NCBI GenBank assembly: GCA_020201435.1
Contig: JAIVGS010000002.1
Span: forward strand, 8,529-72,528
Source of the DNA: Myxococcales bacterium
Lineage (GTDB): Bacteria; Myxococcota; Myxococcia; Myxococcales; 40CM-4-68-19
DNA: 64,000 nt
Direction of reading: 5' to 3'
Of the stretch, positions 49,606-60,367 are shown piece by piece (position 1 is the stretch's first letter; each line of letters opens with the position of its first letter). The notes under the pieces were generated by a model. That model was not told the DNA's origin, searched no databases, and worked only from the letters and a program-made list of their open reading frames with translations. The position numbers and the translations under genes are program-made.

Positions 49606-49703
49606 CCCCTAGGCGTAGTCGCTCGTCCTCGCAGCGATGGCGGCGGTGGAAGAGGAAGCGCGGCGCGACGCGGGCTGCCCGCGCACGCCGCGCCCCTGAA
49701 CGA

Positions 49704-50324
49704 CTAGTGCGCTTCTGCGGATGGCGGCGCTCCCTGCCCCTGTTGCGCCATCTGCGCCGCGAATTCCTCCCCGGCCTTGCGCTGCTGCTCGAACGTCATG
49801 TCCTTCTTGTGGGTCGCGACCATCCACACCTGGCCGTACGGGTCGGCGATCGCGCCCATCCGGTCACCCCAGAACATGTCGGCGAGCGGCATCGCCGCGC
49901 GGCCGCCCGCCTGGACGGCGGCGTTGAAGACCACGTCGCAGTCCGGGACGTAGAGCATGAAGCTCGACGTCGGCTTGTGGTTGGGGCCGGCGGCGGTGAC
50001 GAAGCCGGGGCCGCCCTGCATCTCGTCGTTGATCGCGACGATGGTGTCGCCGATCTTCAGCTCCGCGTGCCAGATGCTCTTCCCATCCGGCGCCGGATGC
50101 CGCGCGCGCTCCTCGGCGCCGAGCGCCTTCTTGTAGAACTCGATGGCGGAGGCCGCGTCGCGGACGGTGAGCTGGGTGATGACGTCCTGCGCGCCCGGGT
50201 TCTTGTACTTTGGCGCGGCAGACTTGCGCGGCGCGGACGCCTTGCGCGCGGGGCCGGCCTTGCGGGCAGGCTTGCGCGCCGCCTTCGTCGCGGCCGGCTT
50301 CTTCGCTTTCCTTGCTTTTGCCAT
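49704..50324 (-). CDS. VOC (glyoxalase/PhnB-like) family protein with a Lys/Ala/Pro-rich histone-H1-like N-terminal tail
   Basis: ORF 49704..50474, from M51. The tail is MAKARKAKKPAATKAARKPARKAGPARKASAPRKSAAPK. The VOC domain follows (LTVRDAASAIEFYKKALGAEE...HAELKIGDTIVAINDE...DMFWGDRMGAIADPYGQVWMVATH). Confidence 0.75.
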   Translation of the reverse strand: MAKARKAKKPAATKAARKPARKAGPARKASAPRKSAAPKYKNPGAQDVITQLTVRDAASAIEFYKKALGAEERARHPAPDGKSIWHAELKIGDTIVAINDEMQGGPGFVTAAGPNHKPTSSFMLYVPDCDVVFNAAVQAGGRAAMPLADMFWGDRMGAIADPYGQVWMVATHKKDMTFEQQRKAGEEFAAQMAQQGQGAPPSAEAH

Positions 50325-50376
50325 GTGTGGTTTCCCTCCAAAGAGCGGCGTATTCGGGCATGAGCGGGCCTCGTGG

Positions 50377-51297
50377 TCAAGGACGTCCGTGTGCGGCATC
50401 CTGCGTCCATTGCGCGACGATCTGGTCGAGCCCCTGGCGATAGCTGGGATACCGAGGCATCCACCTGAAATCACGTTTGAATTTGGCTGCGGTGGTGACC
50501 ATCGGCGTGCACAGGAAGTCGACGCTCATCCGCCCCGCGGCGAGCCGCGCGCTCCATTTCCGGACCGAGCGCGGAGCGGGCGCGCCGATGCGATCGGCGA
50601 GCGCGCGGAAGAAATCGGCCGACGTGGCGGGCTCGTCGTCGACGACGTGCCAGAGGCCGGGACCGGCGCGCTCGGCAGCGATCGCGAACGCGGCCGCGGC
50701 GTCGTCGAGGTGCAGGAAGGAGAGCCGGGCGGCGCCGCGGATCGCCGCAACCCGTCCGCGCCGCAACGACTCCGCCAAGGCGCGCGTCCCGGCGTCGGCG
50801 CCGTAAAACCATCCGCAGCGCAGCGTGCTGTAGCCGGCGTCGGCGATCATCCGCTCGCCGTCGAGCGCCGATCGCGCGACCGGGTCAGGTCCTGGCGCGG
50901 AAGTCTCGTCGAACGGCGCTCCGTCGGCCGGCCTCGCCGCCCAGACGATGCTCTGGAACACGACCCGCCGCGCGCCGACCGCGCGGGCGCAGTCGAGCAA
51001 GGCGCGCGTTCCCTCCCGGCGGATCCGATCATTGGCGGCGAAGTCGGCGAGCGAGACACGCTTCTTCTGCGGGATCGAGGTCGCGGCGTGGATCAGCACC
51101 TCGCATCCGTCGGCGGCGCGGGCGAGCGACTCCCCGTCGAAGAGATCGGCCGCTACCGGCGTGCCGCCCGCCCGCCGCACGCGCTCTTCCCCGCCGGCGC
51201 TGCGGGCGAGCCCCCGCACGTCGTGCCCGCGGCCGGCCAGAAGCCCGATCAGCCGGCGACCCAGCACACCGCTTGCTCCTGCGACGAAGACGTTCAT
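50377..51297 (-). CDS. NAD-dependent epimerase/dehydratase family (SDR) protein
   Basis: This is the C-terminal 306 aa of ORF 50377..52278. It begins MNVFVAGASGVLGRRL (Rossmann GxxGxxG). Confidence 0.8.
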   Translation of the reverse strand: MNVFVAGASGVLGRRLIGLLAGRGHDVRGLARSAGGEERVRRAGGTPVAADLFDGESLARAADGCEVLIHAATSIPQKKRVSLADFAANDRIRREGTRALLDCARAVGARRVVFQSIVWAARPADGAPFDETSAPGPDPVARSALDGERMIADAGYSTLRCGWFYGADAGTRALAESLRRGRVAAIRGAARLSFLHLDDAAAAFAIAAERAGPGLWHVVDDEPATSADFFRALADRIGAPAPRSVRKWSARLAAGRMSVDFLCTPMVTTAAKFKRDFRWMPRYPSYRQGLDQIVAQWTQDAAHGRP

Positions 51298-51336
51298 GGC
51301 ACGCAAATTTACCGATTCGTGTCCACATTGTGAGCC

Positions 51337-52995
51337 GTGCGCTATCTCGCCCTTGCGACGGATTACGATGGGACGCTCGCATTCCAGGGCACCGTCCGCG
51401 AGCAGACCTTCAACAGTCTCGTGCGGCTGCGCAAGAGCGGCCGCCGCACCATCCTGGTGACCGGACGCGAGCTCGACGACCTGCAACGCGTGTGCCCGCG
51501 GCTCGACCTGTTCGACCGCGTCGTCGCGGAGAACGGCGCGCTCCTCTACCGGCCGGAGACGCGCGAGGAGATCGTGCTCGCCGAGCCGCCGCCGCCCGAG
51601 CTCGCCGAACGGCTGCGCGCGCGCAAAGTTCCGATCTCGACCGGCAAGGTGATCGTCGCGATGCGAGAGCCGCACCAGCTCGAAGCCGTGGAGGTGATCC
51701 GCGAGCTCGGCCTCGAGCTGCAGGTGATCTTCAACAAGGGGGCGGTGATGCTCCTGCCCTCGGGGATCAACAAGCAGACCGGACTCGCCGGTGCGCTGCG
51801 AGAGCTCGGGCTCTCGGAGCGGAACACGGTCGCGGTCGGCGACGCGGAGAACGACCACGCGATGCTCGCGGCCAGCGAGTGCGGCGTCGCCGTCGCCAAC
51901 GCCCTCGACGCGCTCAAGGAGCGCGCCGACTTCGTCACCCGCGGGGCGCGCGGCGAAGGAGTCGAGGAGTTGATCGATCGGATGGTCAACGACGATCTGC
52001 GATCGGTGGTGGTCGCGCGCCATGCGCTCCTGCTCGGCATGCGGCGCGACGGCACCGAGGTCCGCATTGCGCCCGCCGGCCGCCGCGTGCTGGTCGCCGG
52101 TCCGTCGGGAAGCGGAAAGACCACCGCCGCCACCGGCTTCCTCGAACGGATCATGGGCGCCGGCTACCAGGTCTGCATCATCGATCCCGAGGGCGACTAC
52201 GAGGAGTTCGACGGCCTGGTCGGAATCGGCACCAGCGAGCGCGCGCCGTCGGTCGAGGAGGTCCTCGAGCTGCTGCAAAAGCCCGAAGTCAACGTCGCCG
52301 TCAACATGCTCGGGGTCTCAGTGGAGGAGCGGCCCGCTTTCTTCGCCGGCCTCCTGCCGCGGCTTCAGGAGATGCGCGCCAGATACGGGCGTCCGCACTG
52401 GATCGTGATCGACGAGGCCCATCATCTCCTCCCCGCCTCGTGGAAGCCGGCGCCGTTGACGGTCCCGCGCGAGCTCGGCGGCGTGATGCTGGTGACGGTG
52501 CATCCGGAGAACGTCTCGCCGGCGATGATGGAAGCGATCGACACCGTCCTCGCCGTCGGGGAGGCGCCGGAACGGACGCTCCGGCGATTCGGCGATGCTC
52601 CGCCCGTCGAGATGGAAGAGGGCGAAGTGCTCGCCTGGTCGAACGGCCAGATCGAGCCGTTGCGACTGGTGCCGGGCAAGGCGCAGCACATGCGCCACCG
52701 CCGCAAGTACGCCGCCGGCGACGTCCACGAGAAGGCATTCGTGTTCCGCGGCCCGGCCGGCAAGCTGAGCCTGCGGGCGCAGAACCTCTCGGTCTTCCTG
52801 CAGATGGCAGAGGGCGTGGACGAGGACACCTGGATGCACCACCTGCAGCAAAGCGACTATTCGCGCTGGTTCCGCGAGGCGATCAAGGACGAGGAGCTCG
52901 CCGAGGAAGCCGCCGAAATCGAGCGGCGTCATCCACCCCACAGCCGCGAGAAGATGCGCGAGGCGATCGAGAAGCGCTACACGCTGCCGGAGTGA
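51337..52995 (+). CDS. Fusion protein: HAD-IIB-type phosphatase domain + HerA/DUF87-like P-loop ATPase + conserved C-terminal domain
   Basis: ORF 51337..52995 (552 aa). HAD motifs are LATDYDGTL, the VTGR region and AVGDAENDHAML. ATPase motifs are Walker A VAGPSGSGKTT, CIIDPEGDYEEF and Walker B WIVIDEAHHLLP. The tail reads ...DEDTWMHHLQQSDYSRWFREAIKD. Confidence 0.75.
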   Translation: MRYLALATDYDGTLAFQGTVREQTFNSLVRLRKSGRRTILVTGRELDDLQRVCPRLDLFDRVVAENGALLYRPETREEIVLAEPPPPELAERLRARKVPISTGKVIVAMREPHQLEAVEVIRELGLELQVIFNKGAVMLLPSGINKQTGLAGALRELGLSERNTVAVGDAENDHAMLAASECGVAVANALDALKERADFVTRGARGEGVEELIDRMVNDDLRSVVVARHALLLGMRRDGTEVRIAPAGRRVLVAGPSGSGKTTAATGFLERIMGAGYQVCIIDPEGDYEEFDGLVGIGTSERAPSVEEVLELLQKPEVNVAVNMLGVSVEERPAFFAGLLPRLQEMRARYGRPHWIVIDEAHHLLPASWKPAPLTVPRELGGVMLVTVHPENVSPAMMEAIDTVLAVGEAPERTLRRFGDAPPVEMEEGEVLAWSNGQIEPLRLVPGKAQHMRHRRKYAAGDVHEKAFVFRGPAGKLSLRAQNLSVFLQMAEGVDEDTWMHHLQQSDYSRWFREAIKDEELAEEAAEIERRHPPHSREKMREAIEKRYTLPE

Positions 52996-53014
52996 GGTCC
53001 GAAGCCTGTAAGAT

Positions 53015-53857
53015 GTGACGATGGAATTCCGCAGGTTTCGCGGCACCGACCAGTATCTCACCTCGTCCGCGCTCGAGTCGGCGGTCAACTGCGCTCTCGC
53101 CCTCGAGCGCCCGCTGCTGGTGCGCGGCGAGCCCGGGACCGGCAAGACGCAGCTCGCGGAAGCGATCGCGTCCGGCCTCGGACTGCGCCTGATCCACTGG
53201 CCGGTGAAGTCGACGACCCGCGCCCAGGACGGCCTCTACGTCTACGACACCGTGCAGCGCCTCTACGACTCGCGATTCGGCGAGGGCGACGTGAAGGACA
53301 TCCGCCGCTACATCAAGTACGGCCCGCTCGGCAACGCGTTCGCGTCGCCGGATCGCTTGGTCCTGCTGATCGACGAGATCGACAAGGCCGATTTGGAATT
53401 TCCCAACGATCTGCTGCACGAGCTCGACCGGATGCGCTTCGTCGTCAACGAGACCGGCGACGAGATCGTCGCGCGGCACCGGCCGGTGGTGGTGATCACC
53501 TCGAACGCGGAGAAAGAGCTGCCCGACGCATTTTTGCGCCGCTGCGTCTTCCACTTCATCGAGTTTCCCGACAAGGAGCTGATGGCGCGCATCGTGCGCG
53601 TGCATCATCCCGATCTCGATCGCCAGCTCCTCGATCAGGCGTTGAAGGCGTTCTACGCGATCCGCGACACCGAAGGCCTGCGCAAGCGGCCCTCGACCAG
53701 CGAGCTGATCGACTGGATCGCCGTCCTCCGGCGGGCCGGAATCGCCAGCGTCGAGCTCGAGGCGGGGATGCCCTTCCTCGGCGCGCTCCTCAAGCGCGAG
53801 CAGGATCTGCTGGCATTCGCCGAAGCCGCCAACCGCGGCCACCGTCCGAGAGCGTGA
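53015..53857 (+). CDS. MoxR-like AAA+ ATPase (AAA_5 / CoxD-like)
   Basis: ORF 53015..53857 (280 aa). Motifs are Walker A GEPGTGKTQLA, Walker B LLIDEIDKAD, and ITSNAEKELPDAFLRRC. Confidence 0.85.
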   Translation: MTMEFRRFRGTDQYLTSSALESAVNCALALERPLLVRGEPGTGKTQLAEAIASGLGLRLIHWPVKSTTRAQDGLYVYDTVQRLYDSRFGEGDVKDIRRYIKYGPLGNAFASPDRLVLLIDEIDKADLEFPNDLLHELDRMRFVVNETGDEIVARHRPVVVITSNAEKELPDAFLRRCVFHFIEFPDKELMARIVRVHHPDLDRQLLDQALKAFYAIRDTEGLRKRPSTSELIDWIAVLRRAGIASVELEAGMPFLGALLKREQDLLAFAEAANRGHRPRA

Positions 53858-53861
53858 GCCG

Positions 53862-55043
53862 ATGTTCGTCGAGTTCCTCTACGAGCTGCGCGATCGGGGA
53901 GTCAAAGTCGGCCCCCAGGAGGCGATGTCGATCGCGCAGGCGCTGGAATTCGGCTTGCACAAAGGGACCCTCGACGGTTTCTACGAGACCGCGCGCGCCC
54001 TCTGCGTGCACCGCGAGCAGGATCTCGACGCGTTCGACCGGGCGTTCGCCCACCACTTTCGCGGCGTGCCCGACGAGGCGATCGCGCTGACCGAAGAGCT
54101 GATGGCATGGCTTCAGCAGCCGAAGTCTCGCCGGCAGTTGACCGAGCTCGAGCAGCAGCTTCTGCAACGGATGGATCTCGAGCAGGTCCGCCAGCAGATG
54201 CGCGAGCGGCTCGCGCAGCAGCGGCAGCGGCACGATCGCGGAAACCGCTGGATCGGCACCGGCGGCACGTCGCCGCACGGAAGCGGCGGGACGAATCCGG
54301 CCGGCATCAAGGTCGGCGACGCGCCCGGCGGCCGCGGCGCGATCGAGATCGCCGGCGAGCGCCATTTCAAGGACCTGCGCTCCGACGTCACCCTCGACAC
54401 CCGGCAGATCGAGGTCGCCCTCAGGCGGCTGCGCGCATTCGTCCGCGAGGGCGCGGAGGACGAGCTCGACATCGAAGGAACGATCGACAAGACCGCGCGC
54501 AACGCCGGCGAGCTGGAGCTCGAGCTGCGGCCGCAGCGGCGGTCGAATCTGCGCGTCCTGCTCCTCCTCGACGTCGGCGGATCGATGGACCCGCACGCCG
54601 AGGTCTGCGAACGGCTCTTCTCGGCGGCCAGGCGCGCGACCCATTTCAAGGAGCTGCGCACCTTGTATTTTCACAACTGCATCTACGGGCGCGTCTACGA
54701 GCGCGCTTCGCTGATGCACGGCATCGACGTGCTGCAGCTGTTGCAGGAGTGTGATCCGTCGTGGAGGCTGATCGTCGTCGGCGACGCGTTGATGAGCCCC
54801 TGGGAGCTGCAGTCAGCCGACCCGCGATGGAGCTGGAGCGACGATTCCGGCGCGCCGGGCATCGCCTGGCTGGCGCACCTCGGACAGCACTTTCCCCACT
54901 CGGCGTGGCTCAATCCCGAGCCGGAGGTCGCGTGGTACGGGACGGCCGAGGTCATCCGCCGCGTGTTTCCGATGTACCGCTTGACGCAGGACGGCCTCCT
55001 CGAAGCCGTCCACCACCTGATGCGCGGCGGAGCGCGGCGTTAG
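53862..55043 (+). CDS. VWA-domain protein, CoxE-like
   Basis: ORF 53862..55043 (393 aa). The N-terminus is MFVEFLYELRDRGVKVGPQE. The C-terminal VWA region has LLLLDVGGSM. It lies 5 nt after the MoxR gene. Confidence 0.8.
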   Translation: MFVEFLYELRDRGVKVGPQEAMSIAQALEFGLHKGTLDGFYETARALCVHREQDLDAFDRAFAHHFRGVPDEAIALTEELMAWLQQPKSRRQLTELEQQLLQRMDLEQVRQQMRERLAQQRQRHDRGNRWIGTGGTSPHGSGGTNPAGIKVGDAPGGRGAIEIAGERHFKDLRSDVTLDTRQIEVALRRLRAFVREGAEDELDIEGTIDKTARNAGELELELRPQRRSNLRVLLLLDVGGSMDPHAEVCERLFSAARRATHFKELRTLYFHNCIYGRVYERASLMHGIDVLQLLQECDPSWRLIVVGDALMSPWELQSADPRWSWSDDSGAPGIAWLAHLGQHFPHSAWLNPEPEVAWYGTAEVIRRVFPMYRLTQDGLLEAVHHLMRGGARR

Positions 55044-56455
55044 CTGTTCGCCCGCGCGAAGTGATCGGCGACCACGCTCGCCACGCACGCCGTCAGGCGC
55101 ACGCCGGTCGGGATATGCAGGAACTCGTTGGGGCCGTGCGCGTTGCTGCCCGGTCCCAGCACTCCGGTGATGAGGAACTGCGCCTCGGGAAATTGCTCGC
55201 CGAGCATGCCCATGAACGGGATCGTCCCGCCCTCGCCGAAGGCCATCGGCGGCTTGCCGAAACAGGCGAGCGACGCCCGCTCGACCGCCGACGAGAGCCA
55301 GGGGGCGAGCGGCGGCGCATCCCATCCGGTCGAGGACTTCTCCGCGTCGAACGTGACGCGCGCGCCGTACGGCGGATCTTCCTCGAACGTCTTCTTCACC
55401 AGCTTCGTCGCCTTCGCCGGATCGAGGCGGGGCGGAATCCGCAGCGAGATCTTGCAAGCAGTGTAGGGCCGGAGCACGTTGCCGGCGCTGCCCAACGGCG
55501 GCAGACCCTCGATGCCGGTGATCGAAAGGGCAGGGCGCCACGTCCGGTTGAGCACCAGCTCGAGCCGCTCGTGGGTCACCGGTTGCGCTCCGGGAGTGAA
55601 CGGGAACTTGTCGAACACCGCGTCGCCGAGCACTTCCGCGGTCGCGCGCGCCTGCTCGAGCCGCTCGCGCGGGACCTCGACCCGCAGCCCGGCGATCTTC
55701 ACCACGCCGGTGTTCTCGTCGTCGATGCGCGACAACAACCGGCGGAGGATCCGGAAGCTGGAAGGCACGATCCCGCTCGCGTCGCCGGAATGCACGCCTT
55801 CGGTTAGGATCTCGACGCGCAGGTTCCCAGCCACGATCCCGCGCAGCGACGTCGTCATCCACAGCTGGTCGTAATTTCCGCAACCGGAATCGAGACACAC
55901 GACCAGCGACGGCGAGCCGATCCGCGACGACAGGTGCTCGATGTACGCCGGCAGATCGGTCGATCCGCTCTCCTCGCAGGCCTCGATGAGGACGACGCAC
56001 CGCGCGTGGGGCGCCTTCTGCTCTTGCAGCAACCGCAGCGCCGCGAGCGAGGCAAACGACGAATACCCGTCGTCCGCGGCGCCGCGGCCGTAGAGCTTCT
56101 CTCCCTCCAGCACCGGCTCCCACGGCGACAATCCCTGCCGCCACCCGGTCATCTCCGGCTGTTTGTCGAGATGTCCGTAGAGCAGCACCGTCTCGCTCGA
56201 GTCGCCGGGCAGCTCCATGAAGATCACCGGCGTGCGCTTCTCGAGCCGCACCACCTCGACGCGCAGTCCCTGGAGCGGCTGCTTGCGGCACCACCGCTCG
56301 ATCAGCGCGACTGCGCGATCCATGTTCGCCTGCCAGTTCGGCTCGTACGCGGGCGACTTGTTGGGTATGCGGATGTACTCGCGCAAGGCGGGCAGGATCT
56401 CGCTTTCCCAGATCCGGCCCGATTCCTTCAGCGCCTGTTTGGGGTCGAAGCTCAT
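55040..56455 (-). CDS. M20 family metallopeptidase (dipeptidase)
   Basis: ORF 55040..56482. The start was chosen at ATG 56455 (56482 is the alternative). Motifs are LLYGHLDKQP, GRGAADDG, EACEESGS and PNEFLHI. Confidence 0.85.
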   Translation of the reverse strand: MSFDPKQALKESGRIWESEILPALREYIRIPNKSPAYEPNWQANMDRAVALIERWCRKQPLQGLRVEVVRLEKRTPVIFMELPGDSSETVLLYGHLDKQPEMTGWRQGLSPWEPVLEGEKLYGRGAADDGYSSFASLAALRLLQEQKAPHARCVVLIEACEESGSTDLPAYIEHLSSRIGSPSLVVCLDSGCGNYDQLWMTTSLRGIVAGNLRVEILTEGVHSGDASGIVPSSFRILRRLLSRIDDENTGVVKIAGLRVEVPRERLEQARATAEVLGDAVFDKFPFTPGAQPVTHERLELVLNRTWRPALSITGIEGLPPLGSAGNVLRPYTACKISLRIPPRLDPAKATKLVKKTFEEDPPYGARVTFDAEKSSTGWDAPPLAPWLSSAVERASLACFGKPPMAFGEGGTIPFMGMLGEQFPEAQFLITGVLGPGSNAHGPNEFLHIPTGVRLTACVASVVADHFARANS

Positions 56456-56564
56456 CGCCGGCGGTCTCCTATCACGACGCATCGACGCCGTCCCACGTCC
56501 GCGGGACCGAAAGTCTCGGTCCGGAAAGTCTGATCGAAAGCGCCGATCAAATAAGCTGCCGGGC

Positions 56565-57413
56565 GTGCTGCTGCGCCTCGTCCGCGATTTCCGCCGCGCG
56601 ATGGACCTGTCGCTGGTGCTCGATCAGGAGAAGATCGAGCACCAGCTGCGCAGCGTCGGCGAGGAGCAGTGGGCGCTCACGATCGGCGACGAGGCGGACG
56701 CCGAGCGGGCAGAGAAGGCTTTGATCGCGTTCGAGCGGGAAAATCCGCCGGTCGCAAGCCGCAAGCCGCAGGCCCCGCTGTCCGACGGCATCGGCGCCGG
56801 CGTGGTCTTCGGCCTCGCGCTGCTCGCGCTGCAGATCTGGACTGGCCCCGAATCGGACAACGCGTGGTTCGTCCGCGGCAGCGCCGAGGCATCGCAGATC
56901 GTGCGCGGCGAGTGGTGGCGCGCGATCACCGCGCTCACGCTGCACGCCGACGCCGGACATGCGGTCGGAAACGCGCTCCTCGGCGGCCTGTTGCTCACCC
57001 TGCTCGCCCGGCGCCTCGGCTCCGGCGTCGCCTCCGCGGCGATGTTGCTCGCCGGCATGCTCGGCACGTTTGCCGCCGCCGAGCTGATGCGGCGCCACTT
57101 CGTTTCCGTCGGCGCCTCGACCGCGGTGTTCGGCGGGCTCGCCGAGCTCGCCGCGCTGCAGGCGGCCGATCCCGAATCGCGCCGGCGCGCCTGGATCCCT
57201 CTCGGGGCCGGCGTCGCGCTGCTCGGGTTTCTCGGATCGTCGAAGCGCGCCGATCTCGCCGGCCATCTCTGCGGTTTCGCCGCCGGCGTCGCGATCGGCT
57301 TCGCGGTCTCGCGCCTTCCACGGCTGCGGAGCAAGGCCGCCCAGTCGGCGCTCGCCTGCGCCGCCGCATGTACGCCGGTCATCGCCTGGCTGCGCGCTCT
57401 CTTGGTCAACTGA
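56565..57413 (+). CDS. Rhomboid family intramembrane serine protease
   Basis: This is the C-terminal part of ORF 56217..57413. Motifs are WWRAITALTLHAD, the catalytic VGASTAVFGG and AGHLCGFAAG. The start is GTG 56565 (ATG 56601 is the alternative). Confidence 0.7.
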   Translation: MLLRLVRDFRRAMDLSLVLDQEKIEHQLRSVGEEQWALTIGDEADAERAEKALIAFERENPPVASRKPQAPLSDGIGAGVVFGLALLALQIWTGPESDNAWFVRGSAEASQIVRGEWWRAITALTLHADAGHAVGNALLGGLLLTLLARRLGSGVASAAMLLAGMLGTFAAAELMRRHFVSVGASTAVFGGLAELAALQAADPESRRRAWIPLGAGVALLGFLGSSKRADLAGHLCGFAAGVAIGFAVSRLPRLRSKAAQSALACAAACTPVIAWLRALLVN

Positions 57414-57417
57414 CCAA
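57402..57417. repeat. TTGGTCA-NN-TGACCAA family copy (TTGGTCAACTGACCAA, exact)
   Basis: Read directly. It contains the rhomboid stop codon (57411-57413) and ends 20 nt before the glgB ATG. Confidence 0.9.
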
Positions 57418-57437
57418 CGCGGTCCATATTCCCCGCC

Positions 57438-59312
<1,875 letters not shown>

Positions 59313-59404
59313 CGCTGCTGCACGCCGCCGAGCGCTCGGGCCGCAGTGCAGGCAGGCGACCGCCCGCAATTGTAGCGGTGTCGCGCAGGCCACAGCTTTC
59401 CCAC

Positions 59405-60367
59405 ATGCGCTTCGGCTTCCTGATGGATCCGCTCGAGCACGTCCGCGTCGACCACGACACCACCTTCGCGCTCATGCTCGAGTGTCGCCGCCGCGGCATC
59501 GAGGTGCGCGAGCTGCGGCAGGAGTGGCTCTTCCTCGCCGGCGGACGGGCGCGGTCGCGGATGCGGACCGTCGACGTCGATCGCGGCGGCGATCCGCATT
59601 TCCGCGTGCTCGCCGACTGCGACGCGCCGCTCGCCGATCTCGACGTGCTCTTCCTGCGCAAGGATCCGCCGGTCGACGTCGACTTCCTCCGCGCGACGCA
59701 GATGGTCGAGCTCGGCCCCGGACCGCTCTGGATCAATCATCCCGCCGGCCTGCGCGCCGCCAACGAGAAGCTGCTCGCGCTGCGCTTCGCCGATCTCGGT
59801 CCACCGTCGATCGTGACCCGGGAGATGACGCGGCTGCGTTCGTTCATCGCGGCTGCCGGAGGCGACGCGGTCGTGAAACCGCTCGATGGCTGCGGAGGGC
59901 AGGGCGTGGTCCGCGTGCGCGAGGGCGATCCGAACTTCAACGCGCTGCTCGAGATCGCGACCGGAGGCGGGCGCACGCCGGTCCTGGCGCAGTCGTTTCT
60001 GCCGGCGGTCCGCGAAGGTGACAAGCGCATCATCGTCCTAGACGGCGAGCCGGTGGGCGCGGTCCTGCGGGTGCCGAAGCAAGGCGAGCTGCGGGCCAAC
60101 TTCGCGGCCGGCGGTCGCGCCGCCGCGGCGCCGATCACCGCGCGCGATCGCGAGATCTGCCGCCGGCTCGCGCCCGATCTGCGCGCGCTCGGCCTCTGGC
60201 TCGCCGGGATCGACGTCATCGGCGGCAAGCTCACCGAGGTGAACGTGACCAGCCCGACCGGCCTCGTCGAGATCGACGCGCTCTCCGGAGGCTCGCTCGA
60301 GGCGCGGGTGATCGATTTCGCGCTCGCTCGCGCCGGATTGCGCGGCCGGGCCGCCGCGGGTCTGTGA
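59405..60367 (+). CDS. gshB: Glutathione synthetase (prokaryotic ATP-grasp type)
   Basis: This is the C-terminal 320 aa of ORF 56669..60367. Motifs are MRFGFLMDPLEHVRVDHDTTFALMLE, VVKPLDGCGGQGV, GDKRIIVLDGEPVGA and LTEVNVTSPTG. Confidence 0.85.
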   Translation: MRFGFLMDPLEHVRVDHDTTFALMLECRRRGIEVRELRQEWLFLAGGRARSRMRTVDVDRGGDPHFRVLADCDAPLADLDVLFLRKDPPVDVDFLRATQMVELGPGPLWINHPAGLRAANEKLLALRFADLGPPSIVTREMTRLRSFIAAAGGDAVVKPLDGCGGQGVVRVREGDPNFNALLEIATGGGRTPVLAQSFLPAVREGDKRIIVLDGEPVGAVLRVPKQGELRANFAAGGRAAAAPITARDREICRRLAPDLRALGLWLAGIDVIGGKLTEVNVTSPTGLVEIDALSGGSLEARVIDFALARAGLRGRAAAGL

